From: Azolla caroliniana
Lineage: Eukaryota > Plantae > Polypodiophyta
DNA: 64,000 nt
Assembly (NCBI GenBank): GCA_043228905.1
Contig: JBHGNT010000052.1
Coordinates: 62,001-126,000 of the forward strand
Direction: 5' to 3'
The notes under the pieces were generated by a model. The model was not told the DNA's origin and ran no database searches. It saw nothing but the letters and a program-made list of their open reading frames with translations. The position numbers and the translations under genes are program-made. Below are positions 12,101-25,100 of the stretch, piece by piece (position 1 is the first letter of the stretch; each line of letters begins with the position of its first letter).

Positions 12101-15100
12101 TGATTTGCTCGGCCTACAAGTAAATTTGGTCCTGGACCGTATCGCAACATGGAAGAGTGTTTAAACAATTAATTGTGAAATTGAAAAAAGTGAATGTAAC
12201 CGATCCGTAATGTATATATCCATAGTCACAATGTAGGTGTATAATACATAATGTTTGCATGTTTATGCACAACACAGAAAAACTCAAGTGAAGAATATTC
12301 ATGTCGAGCGTTGTTTCCTTTATTTTTCATCCATATCATTGCTCCTTTTAGTAATTTCCCAACTAATGTGAATCTGCTTTAACCTCTTTATGTAAATGCC
12401 TTTTCTCCTTATCATCACTGATTTGCTTGGCCTACAAGTAAATTTCGTCCTGGACCGTATTGCAATATGGAAGAGTGTTTAAACAATCAATTGTGAAATT
12501 GAAAAAAGTGATTGTAACCGATCCATAATGTATATATCCATAGTCACAATGCAGGTTTTGAATACATGATGTTTGAATCCTTATACACAGCACAGAAAAA
12601 CTCAAGTGAAGAATATTCATGTCTGGCTAAAATCCTTTATTTTTCATCCATATCATTGCTCTTTTTCGTAATTTCCCAACTCATGTGAATCTGCTTTAAC
12701 CTCTTTATGTAAATGCCTTTTCTCCTTATCATCACTGATTTGCTCGGCCTACAAGTAAATTTGGTCCTGGACCGTATTGCAACATGGAAGAGTGTTTAAA
12801 CAATCAATTGTGAAATTGAAAAAAGTGATTGTAACCGATCCATAATGTATATATCCCTAGTCACAATTCAGGTGTAGAATACATGATGTTTGCATGTTTG
12901 TACACAACACAGAAAAACTCAAGTGAAGAATATTCATGTCTGGCTATAATCCTTTATTTTTCATCCATATCATTGCTCTTTTTAGTAATTTCCCAACTAA
13001 TGTGATTCTGCTTTAACCTCTTTATGTAAATGCCTTTTCTCCTTATCATAACTGATTTGCTCGGGCTACAAGTAAATTTGGTCCTGGACCGTATTGCAAC
13101 ATGGAAGAGTGTTTAAACAATCAATTGTGAAATTGAAAAAAGTGATTGTAACCGATCCATAATGTATATATCCCTAGTCACAATTCAGGTGTAGAATACA
13201 TGATGTTTGCATGTTTGTACACAACACAGAAAAACTCAAGTGAAGAATATTCATGTCTGGCTATAATCCTTTATTTTTCATCCATATCATTGCTCTTTTT
13301 AGTAATTTCCCAACTAATGTGAATCTGCTTTAACCTCTTTATGTAAATGCCTTTTCTCCTTATCATAACTGATTTGCTCGGGCTACAAGTAAATTTGGTC
13401 CTGGACCGTATTGCAACATGGAAGAGTGTTTAAACAATCAATTGTGAAATTGAAAAAAGTGATTGTAACCGATCCATAGAGTATATATCCCTAGTCACAA
13501 TTCAGGTGTAGAATACATGATGTTTGCATGTTTATACACAACACAGAAAAACTCAAGTGAAGAATATTCATGTCTAGCTATAATCCTTTATTTTTCATCC
13601 ATATCATTGCTCTCTTTAGTAATTTCGCAACTAATGTGAATCTGCTTTGACCTCTTTATGTAAATGCCTTTACCCTTTATCATCACTGATTTGCTCGGCC
13701 TACAAGTAAATTTGGTCCTGAACCGTATTGCAACAGGGAAGAGTGTTTAAACAATCCATTCTGAAATTGAAAAAAGTGATTGTAACCTATCCATAATGTA
13801 TATATCCATAGTCACAATGCAGGTGTAGAATACATGATGTTTGCATCTTTATACACAACACAGAAAAATTCAAGTGAAGAATATTCATGTCTGGCTATAA
13901 TCCTTTATTTTTCATCCATATCATTGCTCTTTTTAATAATTTCCCAACTAATGTGAATCTCCTTTAACCTCTTTATGTAAATGCCTTTTCTCCTTATCAT
14001 CACTGATTTGCTCGGCCTACAAGTAAATTTGGTCCTGGACCGTATTGCAACATGGAAGAGTGTTTAAACAATCGATTGTGAAATTGAAAAAGGTGATTGT
14101 AACCGATCCATAATGTATATATCCATAGTCACAATGCAGGTGTAGAATACATGATGTTTGCATGTTTATACACAACACAGAAAAACTCAAGTGAAGAATA
14201 TTCATGTCGAGCGTTGTTTCCTTTATTTTTCATCCATATCATTGCTCTTTTTAGTAATTTCCCAACTAATGTGAATCTGCTTTAACCTCTTTATGTAAAT
14301 GCCTTTTCTCCTTATCATCACTGATTTGCTTGGCCTACAAGTAAATTTGGTCCTGGACCGTATGGCAACATGGAAGAGTGTTTAAACAGTCAATTGTGAA
14401 ATTGAAAAAGGTGATTGTAACCGATCCATAATGTATATATCCATAGTCACAATGCAGGTGTAGAATACATGATGTTTGCATGTTTATACACAACACAGAA
14501 AAACTCAAGTGAAGAATATTCATGTCGAGCGTTGTTTCCTTTATTTTTCATCCATATCATTGCTCTTTTTAGTAATTTCTCAACTAATGTGAATCTGCTT
14601 TAACCTCTTTATGTAAATGCCTTTTGTCCTTATTATCACTGATTTGCTCCGCCTACAAGTAAATTTGGTCCTGGACCGTATTGCAACATGAAAGAGTGTT
14701 TAAACAATCAATTGTGAGATTGAAAAAAGTGATTGTAACCGATCCATAATGTATATATCCATAGTCACAATGCAGGTGTAGAATACATGAAGTTTGCATG
14801 TTTATACACAGCACAGAAAAACTCAAGTGAAGAATATTCATGTCTGGCTATAATCCTTTATTTTTCATCCATATCATTGCTCTTTTTAGTAATTTCCCAA
14901 CTAATGTGAATCTCCTTTAACCTCTTTATGTAAATGCCTTTTCTCCTTATCATCACTGATTTGCTCGGCCTACAAGTAAATTTGGTCCTGGACCGTATTG
15001 CAACATGGAAGAGTGTTTAAACAATCAATTGTGAAATTGAAAAAGGTGATTGTAACCGATCCATAATGTATATATCCATAGTCACAATGCAGGTGTAGAA

Positions 15101-18100
15101 TACATGATGTTTGCATGTTTATACACAACACAGAAAAACTCAAGTGAAGAATATTCATGTCGAGCGTTGTTTCCTTTATTTTTCATCCATATCATTGCTC
15201 TTTTTAGTAATTTCCCAACTAATGTGAATCTGCTTTAACCTCTTTATGTAAATGCCTTTTGTCCTTATTATCACTGATTTGCTCCGCCTACAAGTAAATT
15301 TGGTCCTGGACCGTATTGCAACATGAAAGAGTGTTTAAACAATCAATTGTGAGATTGAAAAAAGTGATTGTAACCGATCCATAATGTATATATCCATAGT
15401 CACAATGCAGGTGTAGAATACATGATGTTTGCATGTTTATACACAACACAGAAAAACTCAAGTAAAGAATATTCATGTCGAGCGTTGTTTCCTTTATTTT
15501 TCATCCATATCATTGCTCTTTTTAGTAATTTCCCAACTAATGTGAATCTCCTTTAACCTCTTTATGTAAATTCCTTTTCTCCTTATCATCACTGATTTGC
15601 TCGGCCTACAAGTAAATTTGGTCCTGGACCGTATTGCAACATGGAAGAGTGTTTAAACAATCAATTGTGAAATTGAAAAAGGTGATTGTAACCGATCCAT
15701 AATGTATATATCCATAGTGACAATGCAGGTGTAGAATACATGATTTTGCATGTTTATACACAACACAGAAAAACTCAAGTGAAGAATATTCATGTCGAGC
15801 GTTGTTTCCTTTATTTTTCATCCATATCATTGCTCTTTTTAGTAATTTCCCAACTAATGTGAATCTGCTTTAACCTGTTTATGAAAATGCCTTTTCTCCT
15901 TCTTATCACTGATTTGCTCGGGCTACAAGTAAATTTGGTCCTGGACCGTATTGCAACATGAAAGAGTGTTTAAACAATCAATTGTGAAATTGAAAAAAGT
16001 GATTGTAACCGATCCATAATGTATATATCCATAGTCACAATGCAGGTGTAGAATACATGATGTTTGCATGTTTATACACAGCACTGAAAAACTCAAGTGA
16101 CGAATATTCATGTCTGGCTATAATCCTTTATTTTTCATCCATATCATTGCTCTTTTTAGTAATTTCCCAACTAATGTGAATCTGCTTTAACCTCTTTATG
16201 TAAATGCCTTTTCTCCTTATCATCACTGATTTGCTCGGCCTACAAGTAAATTCGGTCCTGGACCGTATTGCAACATGGAAGAGTGTTTAAACAATCAATT
16301 GTGAGATTGAAAAAAGTGATTGTAACCGATCCATAATGTATATATCCATAGTCACAATGCAGGTGTAGAATACATGATGTTTGCATGTTTATACACAGCA
16401 CAGAAAAACTCAAGTGAAGAATATTCATGTCTGGCTATAATCCTTTATTTTTCATCCATATCATTGCTCTTTTTAGTAATTTCCCAACTAATGTGAATCT
16501 GCTTTAACCTCTTTATGTAAATGCCTTTTCTCCTTATCATCACTGATTTGCTCGGCCTACAAGTAAATTTGGTCCTGGACCGTATTGCAACATGGAAGAG
16601 TGTTTAAACAATCAATTGTGAAATTGAAAAAAGTGATTGTAACCGATCCATAGAGTATATATCCCTAGTCACAATTCAGGTGTAGAATACATGATGTTTG
16701 CATGTTTATACACAACACAGAAAAACTCAAGTGAAGAATATTCATGTCTAGCTATAATCCTTTATTTTTCATCCATATCATTGCTCTCTTTAGTAATTTC
16801 GCAACTAATGTGAATCTGCTTTGACCTCTTTATGTAAATGCCTTTACCCTTTATCATCACTGATTTGCTCGGCCTACAAGTAAATTTGGTCCTGAACCGT
16901 ATTGCAACAGGGAAGAGTGTTTAAACAATCCATTCTGAAATTGAAAAAAGAGATTGTAACCTATCCATAATGTATATATCCATAGTCACAATGCAGGTGT
17001 AGAATACATGATGTTTGCATCTTTATACACAACACAGAAAAATTCAAGTGAAGAATATTCATGTCTGGCTATAATCCTTTATTTTTCATCCATATCATTG
17101 CTCTTTTTAATAATTTCCCAACTAATGTGAATCTCCTTTAACCTCTTTATGTAAATGCCTTTTCTCCTTATCATCACTGATTTGCTCGGCCTACAAGTAA
17201 ATTTGGTCCTGGACCGTATTGCAACATGGAAGAGTGTTTAAACAATCGATTGTGAAATTGAAAAAGGTGATTGTAACCGATCCATAATGTATATATCCAT
17301 AGTCACAATGCAGGTGTAGAATACATGATGTTTGCATGTTTATACACAACACAGAAAAACTCAAGTGAAGAATATTCATGTCGAGCGTTGTTTCCTTTAT
17401 TTTTCATCCATATCATTGCTCTTTTTAGTAATTTCCCAACTAATGTGAATCTGCTTTAACCTCTTTATGTAAATGCCTTTTCTCCTTATCATCACTGATT
17501 TGCTTGGCCTACAAGTAAATTTGGTCCTGGACCGTATGGCAACATGGAAGAGTGTTTAAACAGTCAATTGTGAAATTGAAAAAGGTGATTGTAACCGATC
17601 CATAATGTATATATCCATAGTCACAATGCAGGTGTAGAATACATGATGTTTGCATGTTTATACACAACACAGAAAAACTCAAGTGAAGAATATTCATGTC
17701 GAGCGTTGTTTCCTTTATTTTTCATCCATATCATTGCTCTTTTTAGTAATTTCTCAACTAATGTGAATCTGCTTTAACCTCTTTATGTAAATGCCTTTTG
17801 TCCTTATTATCACTGATTTGCTCCGCCTACAAGTAAATTTGGTCCTGGACCGTATTGCAACATGAAAGAGTGTTTAAACAATCAATTGTGAGATTGAAAA
17901 AAGTGATTGTAACCGATCCATAATGTATATATCCATAGTCACAATGCAGGTGTAGAATACATGAAGTTTGCATGTTTATACACAGCACAGAAAAACTCAA
18001 GTGAAGAATATTCATGTCTGGCTATAATCCTTTATTTTTCATCCATATCATTGCTCTTTTTAGTAATTTCCCAACTAATGTGAATCTCCTTTAACCTCTT

Positions 18101-19931
18101 TATGTAAATGCCTTTTCTCCTTATCATCACTGATTTGCTCGGCCTACAAGTAAATTTGGTCCTGGACCGTATTGCAACATGGAAGAGTGTTTAAACAATC
18201 AATTGTGAAATTGAAAAAGGTGATTGTAACCGATCCATAATGTATATATGCATAGTCACAATGCAGGTGTAGAATACATGATGTTTGCATGTTTATACAC
18301 AACACAGAAAAACTCAAGTGAAGAATATTCATGTCGAGCGTTGTTTCCTTTATTTTTCATCCATATCATTGCTCTTTTTAGTAATTTCCCAACTAATGTG
18401 AATCTGCTTTAACCTCTTTATGTAAATGCCTTTTGTCCTTATTATCACTGATTTGCTCCGCCTACAAGTAAATTTGGTCCTGGACCGTATTGCAACATGA
18501 AAGAGTGTTTAAACAATCAATTGTGAGATTGAAAAAAGTGATTGTAACCGATCCATAATGTATATATCCATAGTCACAATGCAGGTGTAGAATACATGAT
18601 GTTTGCATGTTTATACACAACACAGAAAAACTCAAGTAAAGAATATTCATGTCGAGCGTTGTTTCCTTTATTTTTCATCCATATCATTGCTCTTTTTAGT
18701 AATTTCCCAACTAATGTGAATCTCCTTTAACCTCTTTATGTAAATTCCTTTTCTCCTTATCATCACTGATTTGCTCGGCCTACAAGTAAATTTGGTCCTG
18801 GACCGTATTGCAACATGGAAGAGTGTTTAAACAATCAATTGTGAAATTGAAAAAGGTGATTGTAACCGATCCATAATGTATATATCCATAGTGACAATGC
18901 AGGTGTAGAATACATGATTTTGCATGTTTATACACAACACAGAAAAACTCAAGTGAAGAATATTCATGTCGAGCGTTGTTTCCTTTATTTTTCATCCATA
19001 TCATTGCTCTTTTTAGTAATTTCCCAACTAATGTGAATCTGCTTTAACCTGTTTATGAAAATGCCTTTTCTCCTTCTTATCACTGATTTGCTCGGGCTAC
19101 AAGTAAATTTGGTCCTGGACCGTATTGCAACATGAAAGAGTGTTTAAACAATCAATTGTGAAATTGAAAAAAGTGATTGTAACCGATCCATAATGTATAT
19201 ATCCATAGTCACAATGCAGGTGTAGAATACATGATGTTTGCATGTTTATACACAGCACTGAAAAACTCAAGTGACGAATATTCATGTCTGGCTATAATCC
19301 TTTATTTTTCATCCATATCATTGCTCTTTTTAGTAATTTCCCAACTAATGTGAATCTGCTTTAACCTCTTTATGTAAATGCCTTTTCTCCTTATCATCAC
19401 TGATTTGCTCGGCCTACAAGTAAATTCGGTCCTGGACCGTATTGCAACATGGAAGAGTGTTTAAACAATCAATTGTGAGATTGAAAAAAGTGATTGTAAC
19501 CGATCCATAATGTATATATCCATAGTCACAATGCAGGTGTAGAATACATGATGTTTGCATGTGTATACACAGCACAGAAAAACTCAAGTGAAGAATATTC
19601 ATGTCTTGCTATAATCCTTTATTTTTCATCCATATCATTGCTCTTTTTAGTAATTTCCCAACTAATGTGAATCTGCTTTAACCTCTTTATGTAAATGCCT
19701 TTTCTCCTTATCATCACTGATTTGCTCGGCCTACAAGTAAATTTGGTCCTGGACCGTATTGCAACATGGAAGAGTGTTTAAACAATCAATTGTGAAATTG
19801 AAAAAAGTGATTGTAACCGATCCATAGAGTATATATCCCTAGTCACAATTCAGGTGTAGAATACATGATGTTTGCATGTTTATACACAACACAGAAAAAC
19901 ACAAGTGAAGAATATTCATGTCGAGCGTTGT
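9181..19931. repeat. 317/318-bp tandem repeat array, ~34 highly similar copies
   Basis: Unit AATTTCCCAACTAATGTGAATCTGC...GGTCCTGGACCGTATTGC...GAAGAATATTCATGTC...CATTGCTCTTTTTAGT. ORF starts step by 317 or 318. Unrelated to the 178-bp satellite. Confidence 0.98.
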
Positions 19932-20910
19932 AGTAGTTGAAAGTATTGCTGGTTAAAGCCATGAAAATAGCAATTTTGTTACCATGGGAGAAGTATTAGT
20001 AGAAAAGCGTCTTGTAGCTAATTAAAAAATAAAGATTTCCTTGCAATAGCTTACCTTGGTCTTGTTGATAGATATGCTAATCATTCTAGTGGTACAATGG
20101 TGGGCATGATTGCCTCAAACAAAAGTAGTTATTGAGTTTGGATCTTGCCTCTTCTGTTATTCGCATAATGTAATTCAAGGAAGAAAATTAGTGAAGAGAA
20201 TAAGGAAGTTGCTTTGGCTTTACACAAGATTGAGAACATGTGTTTATGTACATATAGATCGAGGAGATGTGCGTCATGAAAATTACACTTGGCAATGGAG
20301 AGGAATCCGAAACAAATGTATATGTGCATAGATTGGCAGGTAGTACATGATTTTGTTTTTCAAGAAATGCACTTCCATGGATGGGAATATGGTTTGGAAA
20401 ATGTCCATTGAGACATATTAGGAAAGAAAGCTGAGCTGCATTGAGTTTAAAATAGAGATGATTATTTGGATACAATTGTGTAGTAACAAGAGACACTTAG
20501 GTAAATTAGTAGCTATCATGTTTAAATAATGCCAATAAAGGTTGAAACCATTTAGAGGCAAGGTTATATTTGAGAATAATGAGCAGTTAATTTGATGGGC
20601 AAAATAGATTGTGATAATATAGATAAGCTTCAACTAGTTTGGAGCGAACAATCTTGTTGGATTACCGCAAGCAAATGTATGGGTAAGCTTTCATCTTGGT
20701 AAAATTTTGAAGCTTGAGTGGGTAATCTTGTCGTATTACCATAAGCAAATGTATGGATTATACAAATGTGAAGAGGTTATGTCTTAAGCTATTTCCAGTG
20801 TTCAATCCAAATACTCACCAAAAGAGTTATCACTTGCAAATATACAAGGAAACTCCAACCTTGGACATGGCTCTGAATAATATCAACTAGGGATAAAAAG
20901 AGAAGATAAA

Positions 20911-21093
20911 TTTAAAATGATATCCACTAGCATACCCAAAAATTGGAAACTTTTGTTTGTGAATTCATGCTAAATAAGCAAAGATATTTACATTTCAATT
21001 GGTTTAAAATGATATCCACTAGTATACCCAAAAATTGAAAACTTTTGTTTGTGAATCCATGCTAATAAGCAAAGATATTTACATTTCAATTGG
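20911..21093. repeat. ~92-bp direct tandem duplication
   Basis: TTTAAAATGATATCCACTAG(C/T)ATACCCAAAAATTG...GATATTTACATTTCAATTGGT occurs twice in succession. Confidence 0.85.
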
Positions 21094-21954
21094 TGATGTT
21101 CATTACCCTATTAGTATTTGGATTGAAAGTGAGAACGAGCACAAAACAATGAGATTGTTGCACCAAGCATTGAGTTTGCAGTTTTGTATGTTTGTGGGAT
21201 TCAAAATCCATCTTTAAATATCTATTTTAATTACAAGAATCCAACAATTTGAGGAGAACTAGCAATTCAGTTTGGAGGCCTTGACCGTGTGAAGTTTTTA
21301 AGCTTAAAGAAAAAATGTAGAAAGATATTGGAAAGTGATGCATTATTAACGAGGCAATAAGTTGGTACCTTATGACATATCACTCAAAAAACTAGAGGAA
21401 AGGAGCCTAGTAATTCTAATTAGCATTGAATGAAGGACTTCCATTGGGTGACACAAGATGGTCACAATATCGATAAAAGTGTAATTGTATTTAGAGGATT
21501 CAATTTAATGGGAGCATTCATGTGCAACAAAACAAGGGCATGGATCTATATATAAGTAATTGAATGTGCATTATTTGTTGCAAAAAAGGACTTTCTACAT
21601 TGATGTCTATGTTCAACTTAGCTAAAGAGATTTTCATCCTCTACATTTCCATTTAGAGTTGATATATATATACTTCCAAAGAACCAACCATTTTCCTATA
21701 AGTGTTAGTGTCAACCAGAACTTCTTGGTAAATATTACAAACTTGTCTTAGTATTACAAGCAAACACTCACAACAACCTACCATGCATATGCACTCACAT
21801 TTAAATATTGGCCTCTATGCACATGCATTCACACTTAAATGCAAAAGAAATTACATCATATAGAAACAACCATATACCTAGTACTGGGGTGTGTTGAGCT
21901 AGTAGTTCATTATGACAATCATAATGCATTAGCTCATTATGAGCTATGTAGTAG

Positions 21955-22080
21955 TATCATAATGTTCAATATCATACATTTTTGTCATGACAATTATACA
22001 TATCATATACATTATGTTCAGTATCATACATTTTTGTCATGACAATCATACATAGCATATGCATTATGTTCAGTATCATC
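21955..22080. repeat. ~52-bp minisatellite, ~2.3 copies
   Basis: ATGTTCA(A/G)TATCATACATTTTTGTCATGACAAT repeats just before the satellite resumes. Confidence 0.8.
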
Positions 22081-22145
22081 ATCCACATACCTAAGTTAAT
22101 GGTGCCATGTGCTAATTTGTTGTTAATGCATCATGTGTGACTTAC

Positions 22146-25100
22146 TGTTCAAACATGCGAATGGAAGGTAACAACGCTAGTTATGATATGGATTTGAAAA
22201 CTCAGGATTTTGAACCTCAGGTCGCGAGACATGATGAAAAAAGCAAAGTGGAGGAGGTCGTAGACAAAAGGGCGTGAGTAAATGAAAATCTTCATACCTG
22301 GCTCGTGTGACATCGGATTTTTGTGTTCAAACATGCGAATCGAAGGTAACAACGCTAGTTATGATATGGTATTGAAAACTCATGATTTTAAAACTTAGGT
22401 CGAGAGACATGATGAAAAAAGCAAACTTGAGGAGGTTGTGGACAAGAATGCATGAGTAAATTAAAATGTTCATACCTGGCTCGTGTAAAAACGGATTTTT
22501 TTGTTCAAACATGCAAATCGAAGGTAACAACGCTAGTTATGCTATGGAATTGAAAACCCACGATTCCTAAAATCAGGTCACGAGACATGATGAAAAAAGA
22601 AAAGTTGAGGAGGTCGTAGAAAAGAGGGCGTGAGTAAATGAAAATGTTCATATCTGGCTCGTGCGATATCTGAGTTCTGTGTTCAAACATGCGAATCGAA
22701 GGTAACAACCCTAGTTATGATATGGAACTGAAAAATCACAATTTTGAAACTCAGGTAGAGAGACATAAAGAAAAAAGCAAAGTTGAGGAGGTCGTAGACA
22801 AGAGCGCGTGAGTAAATGAAAATGTACATACCTGGCTCGTGTGATATCGGATTTTTGTGTTCAAGCATGCGAATTGAAACTAAGTACGCTCTCCACGATA
22901 TCGAATTGAGAAGTCACAATTTTGAAACTCAGGTCAAGAGACATGAAGAAAAAAGCAAAGTTGATGAGGTCATACACAAGAGCACGTGAGTAAATGAAAA
23001 TGTTCATACCTGGCTCGTGTGATATCGGATTTTTGTGTTCAAACATACGAATTGAAGCTAAGTACGCTACCTATCATATGGAATAGAAGACTCATGATTT
23101 TGAGACTGAGGTAGAGAGACATGATCAAAAAAGCAAAGTTGAGGAGGTCTTAGACAAGAGCGTGTGAGTAAATTAAAATTTCCATACCTGCCTTGTGCAG
23201 TATCGGATTTTTGTGTTCAAATATACGAATAAAAGCGAACTACGATAGTTATGATATGGAATAGAAAACTCACGATTTTGAAACTCAGGTCGCGAGACAT
23301 GATGAAAAAAGCAAAGTTGAGGAGGTCGTAGACAAGACGGCGTGAGTAAATGAAAATGTTCATACCTAGCTCGTGTGATATCGGATTTTTGTGTTCAAAC
23401 ATGTGAATCGAAGCTAACTACGCTATCTATGATATCGAATTGCAAAATCACGATTTTGACACTCAAGTCGAGAGAAATGATGGAAAACGCAAAGTTGAGG
23501 AGGTTATAGACAAGACTGCGTGACTAAATGAAAATGTTCATATCTCGCTCGTGCAATATCAGATTTCTGTGTTAAATCATGCGAATGGAAGGTAAAAACG
23601 CTAGTTATTATATGGATTTAAAAAATCACGATTTTGAAACTCAGGTAGAGAGACATGAAGAAAAAATCAAGTTGAGGAGGTCGAAGACAAGAGCGCATGA
23701 GTAAATGAAAATGTTCATACCTACCTTGTGTGATATCGGATTTTTGTGTTCAAACATGCGAATCGAAGGTAACAAAGCTAGTTATTATATGGAACTGAAA
23801 AATCACGATTTTGAAACTCAGGTAGAAAGACATGATAAAAAAAGCAAAGTTTAGGAGGTCGTAGACAAGAGCGCGTGAGTAAATGAAAATGTTCATATCT
23901 GGCTCGTGCGATATTGGAGTTTTATGTTCAAGCATGCAAATTGAAGCTAAGTACGGTATCTACGATATCGAATTGGAAAATTAGGATTTTGAAACTTAGG
24001 TCGAGAGACATGATGAAAAAAGCAGAGTTGAGGAGGTCGTAGACATGAGCGCGTGAGTAAATGAAAATATTCATACCTAGCTCGTGTGATATCCGATTTT
24101 TGTGTTCAAACATGCGAATTGAAGCTAAGTACGCTATCTATGATATGGAATTGAAAAATAAAGATTTTGAAACTCAGGTCGAGAGACATGAAGAAAATAG
24201 CAAAATTGAGGAGTTTGTAGACAAGAGAGCGTGAGTAAATGAAAATGTTCAGACCTGGCTCGTGTGACATCGGATTTTTGTGTTCAAACATGCGAATCGA
24301 AAGTAACAACGCTAGTTATGATATGGAATTGAAAACTCATGACTTTAAGACTCAGGTCGAGAGACATGATTAAAAAAGCAAACTTGAGGAGGTCGTACAC
24401 AAGAGCGCGTGAGTAAATTAAAATGTTCATACATGTCTCGTGTAATATCGGATTTTTGTGTTCAAACATGCGAATCGAAGGTAACAATGCTTGTTATGAT
24501 ATGGAATTGAAAACTCATGATTTTGAAACTCAGGTCGTGAGACTTGATGAAAAAAGCAAAGTTGAGGAGGTCGTGAGTAAATGAAAATGTTCATATTTGG
24601 CTCGTGCAATATCCGAGTTCTGTGTTCAAACATGCGAATCGAATGTAATCATGCTAGTTATGATATGAAACTGAAAAAAGATAACAATGCTTGTTATGCT
24701 ATGGAATTGAAAACTCACGATTTCGAAACTCAAGTCGCAAGATATGATGAAAAAGGAAAAGTTGAGGAGGTCGTAAATGAAAATGTTCATACCTGGCTCG
24801 TGTGATATCGGATATTTGTGTTCAAAAATGCGAATCGAAGATAACAAAGCTAGTTATTATATGGAAATGAAAAATCACGATTTTGAAACTCAAGTAGAGA
24901 GACATGAAGAAAGAAGCAAAGCTTAGGAGGTCGTAGACAAGAGCGCGTGAGTAAATGAAAATGTTCATATCTCGCTCATGCGATATTGGAGTTCTATGTT
25001 CAAGGTTTCGAATTGAAGCTAAGTACGCTATCCACGATATCGAATTGAAAACTCAGGATTTTGAACCTTAGGTCGAGAGAAATGATGAGAAAAGCAAAGG

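Noticed and set aside
9258-19602. Repeated 62-aa Cys/His-rich ORF (MNILHLSFSVLC...)
   Set aside because: By-product of the 317-bp repeat. It is broken in several copies and has no recognisable domain.
9181-19931. 5S rDNA, snRNA or CRISPR array interpretation
   Set aside because: No 5S rRNA sequence or recognisable snRNA in the unit. Whole units repeat, with no unique spacers and no cas genes; the context is eukaryotic.
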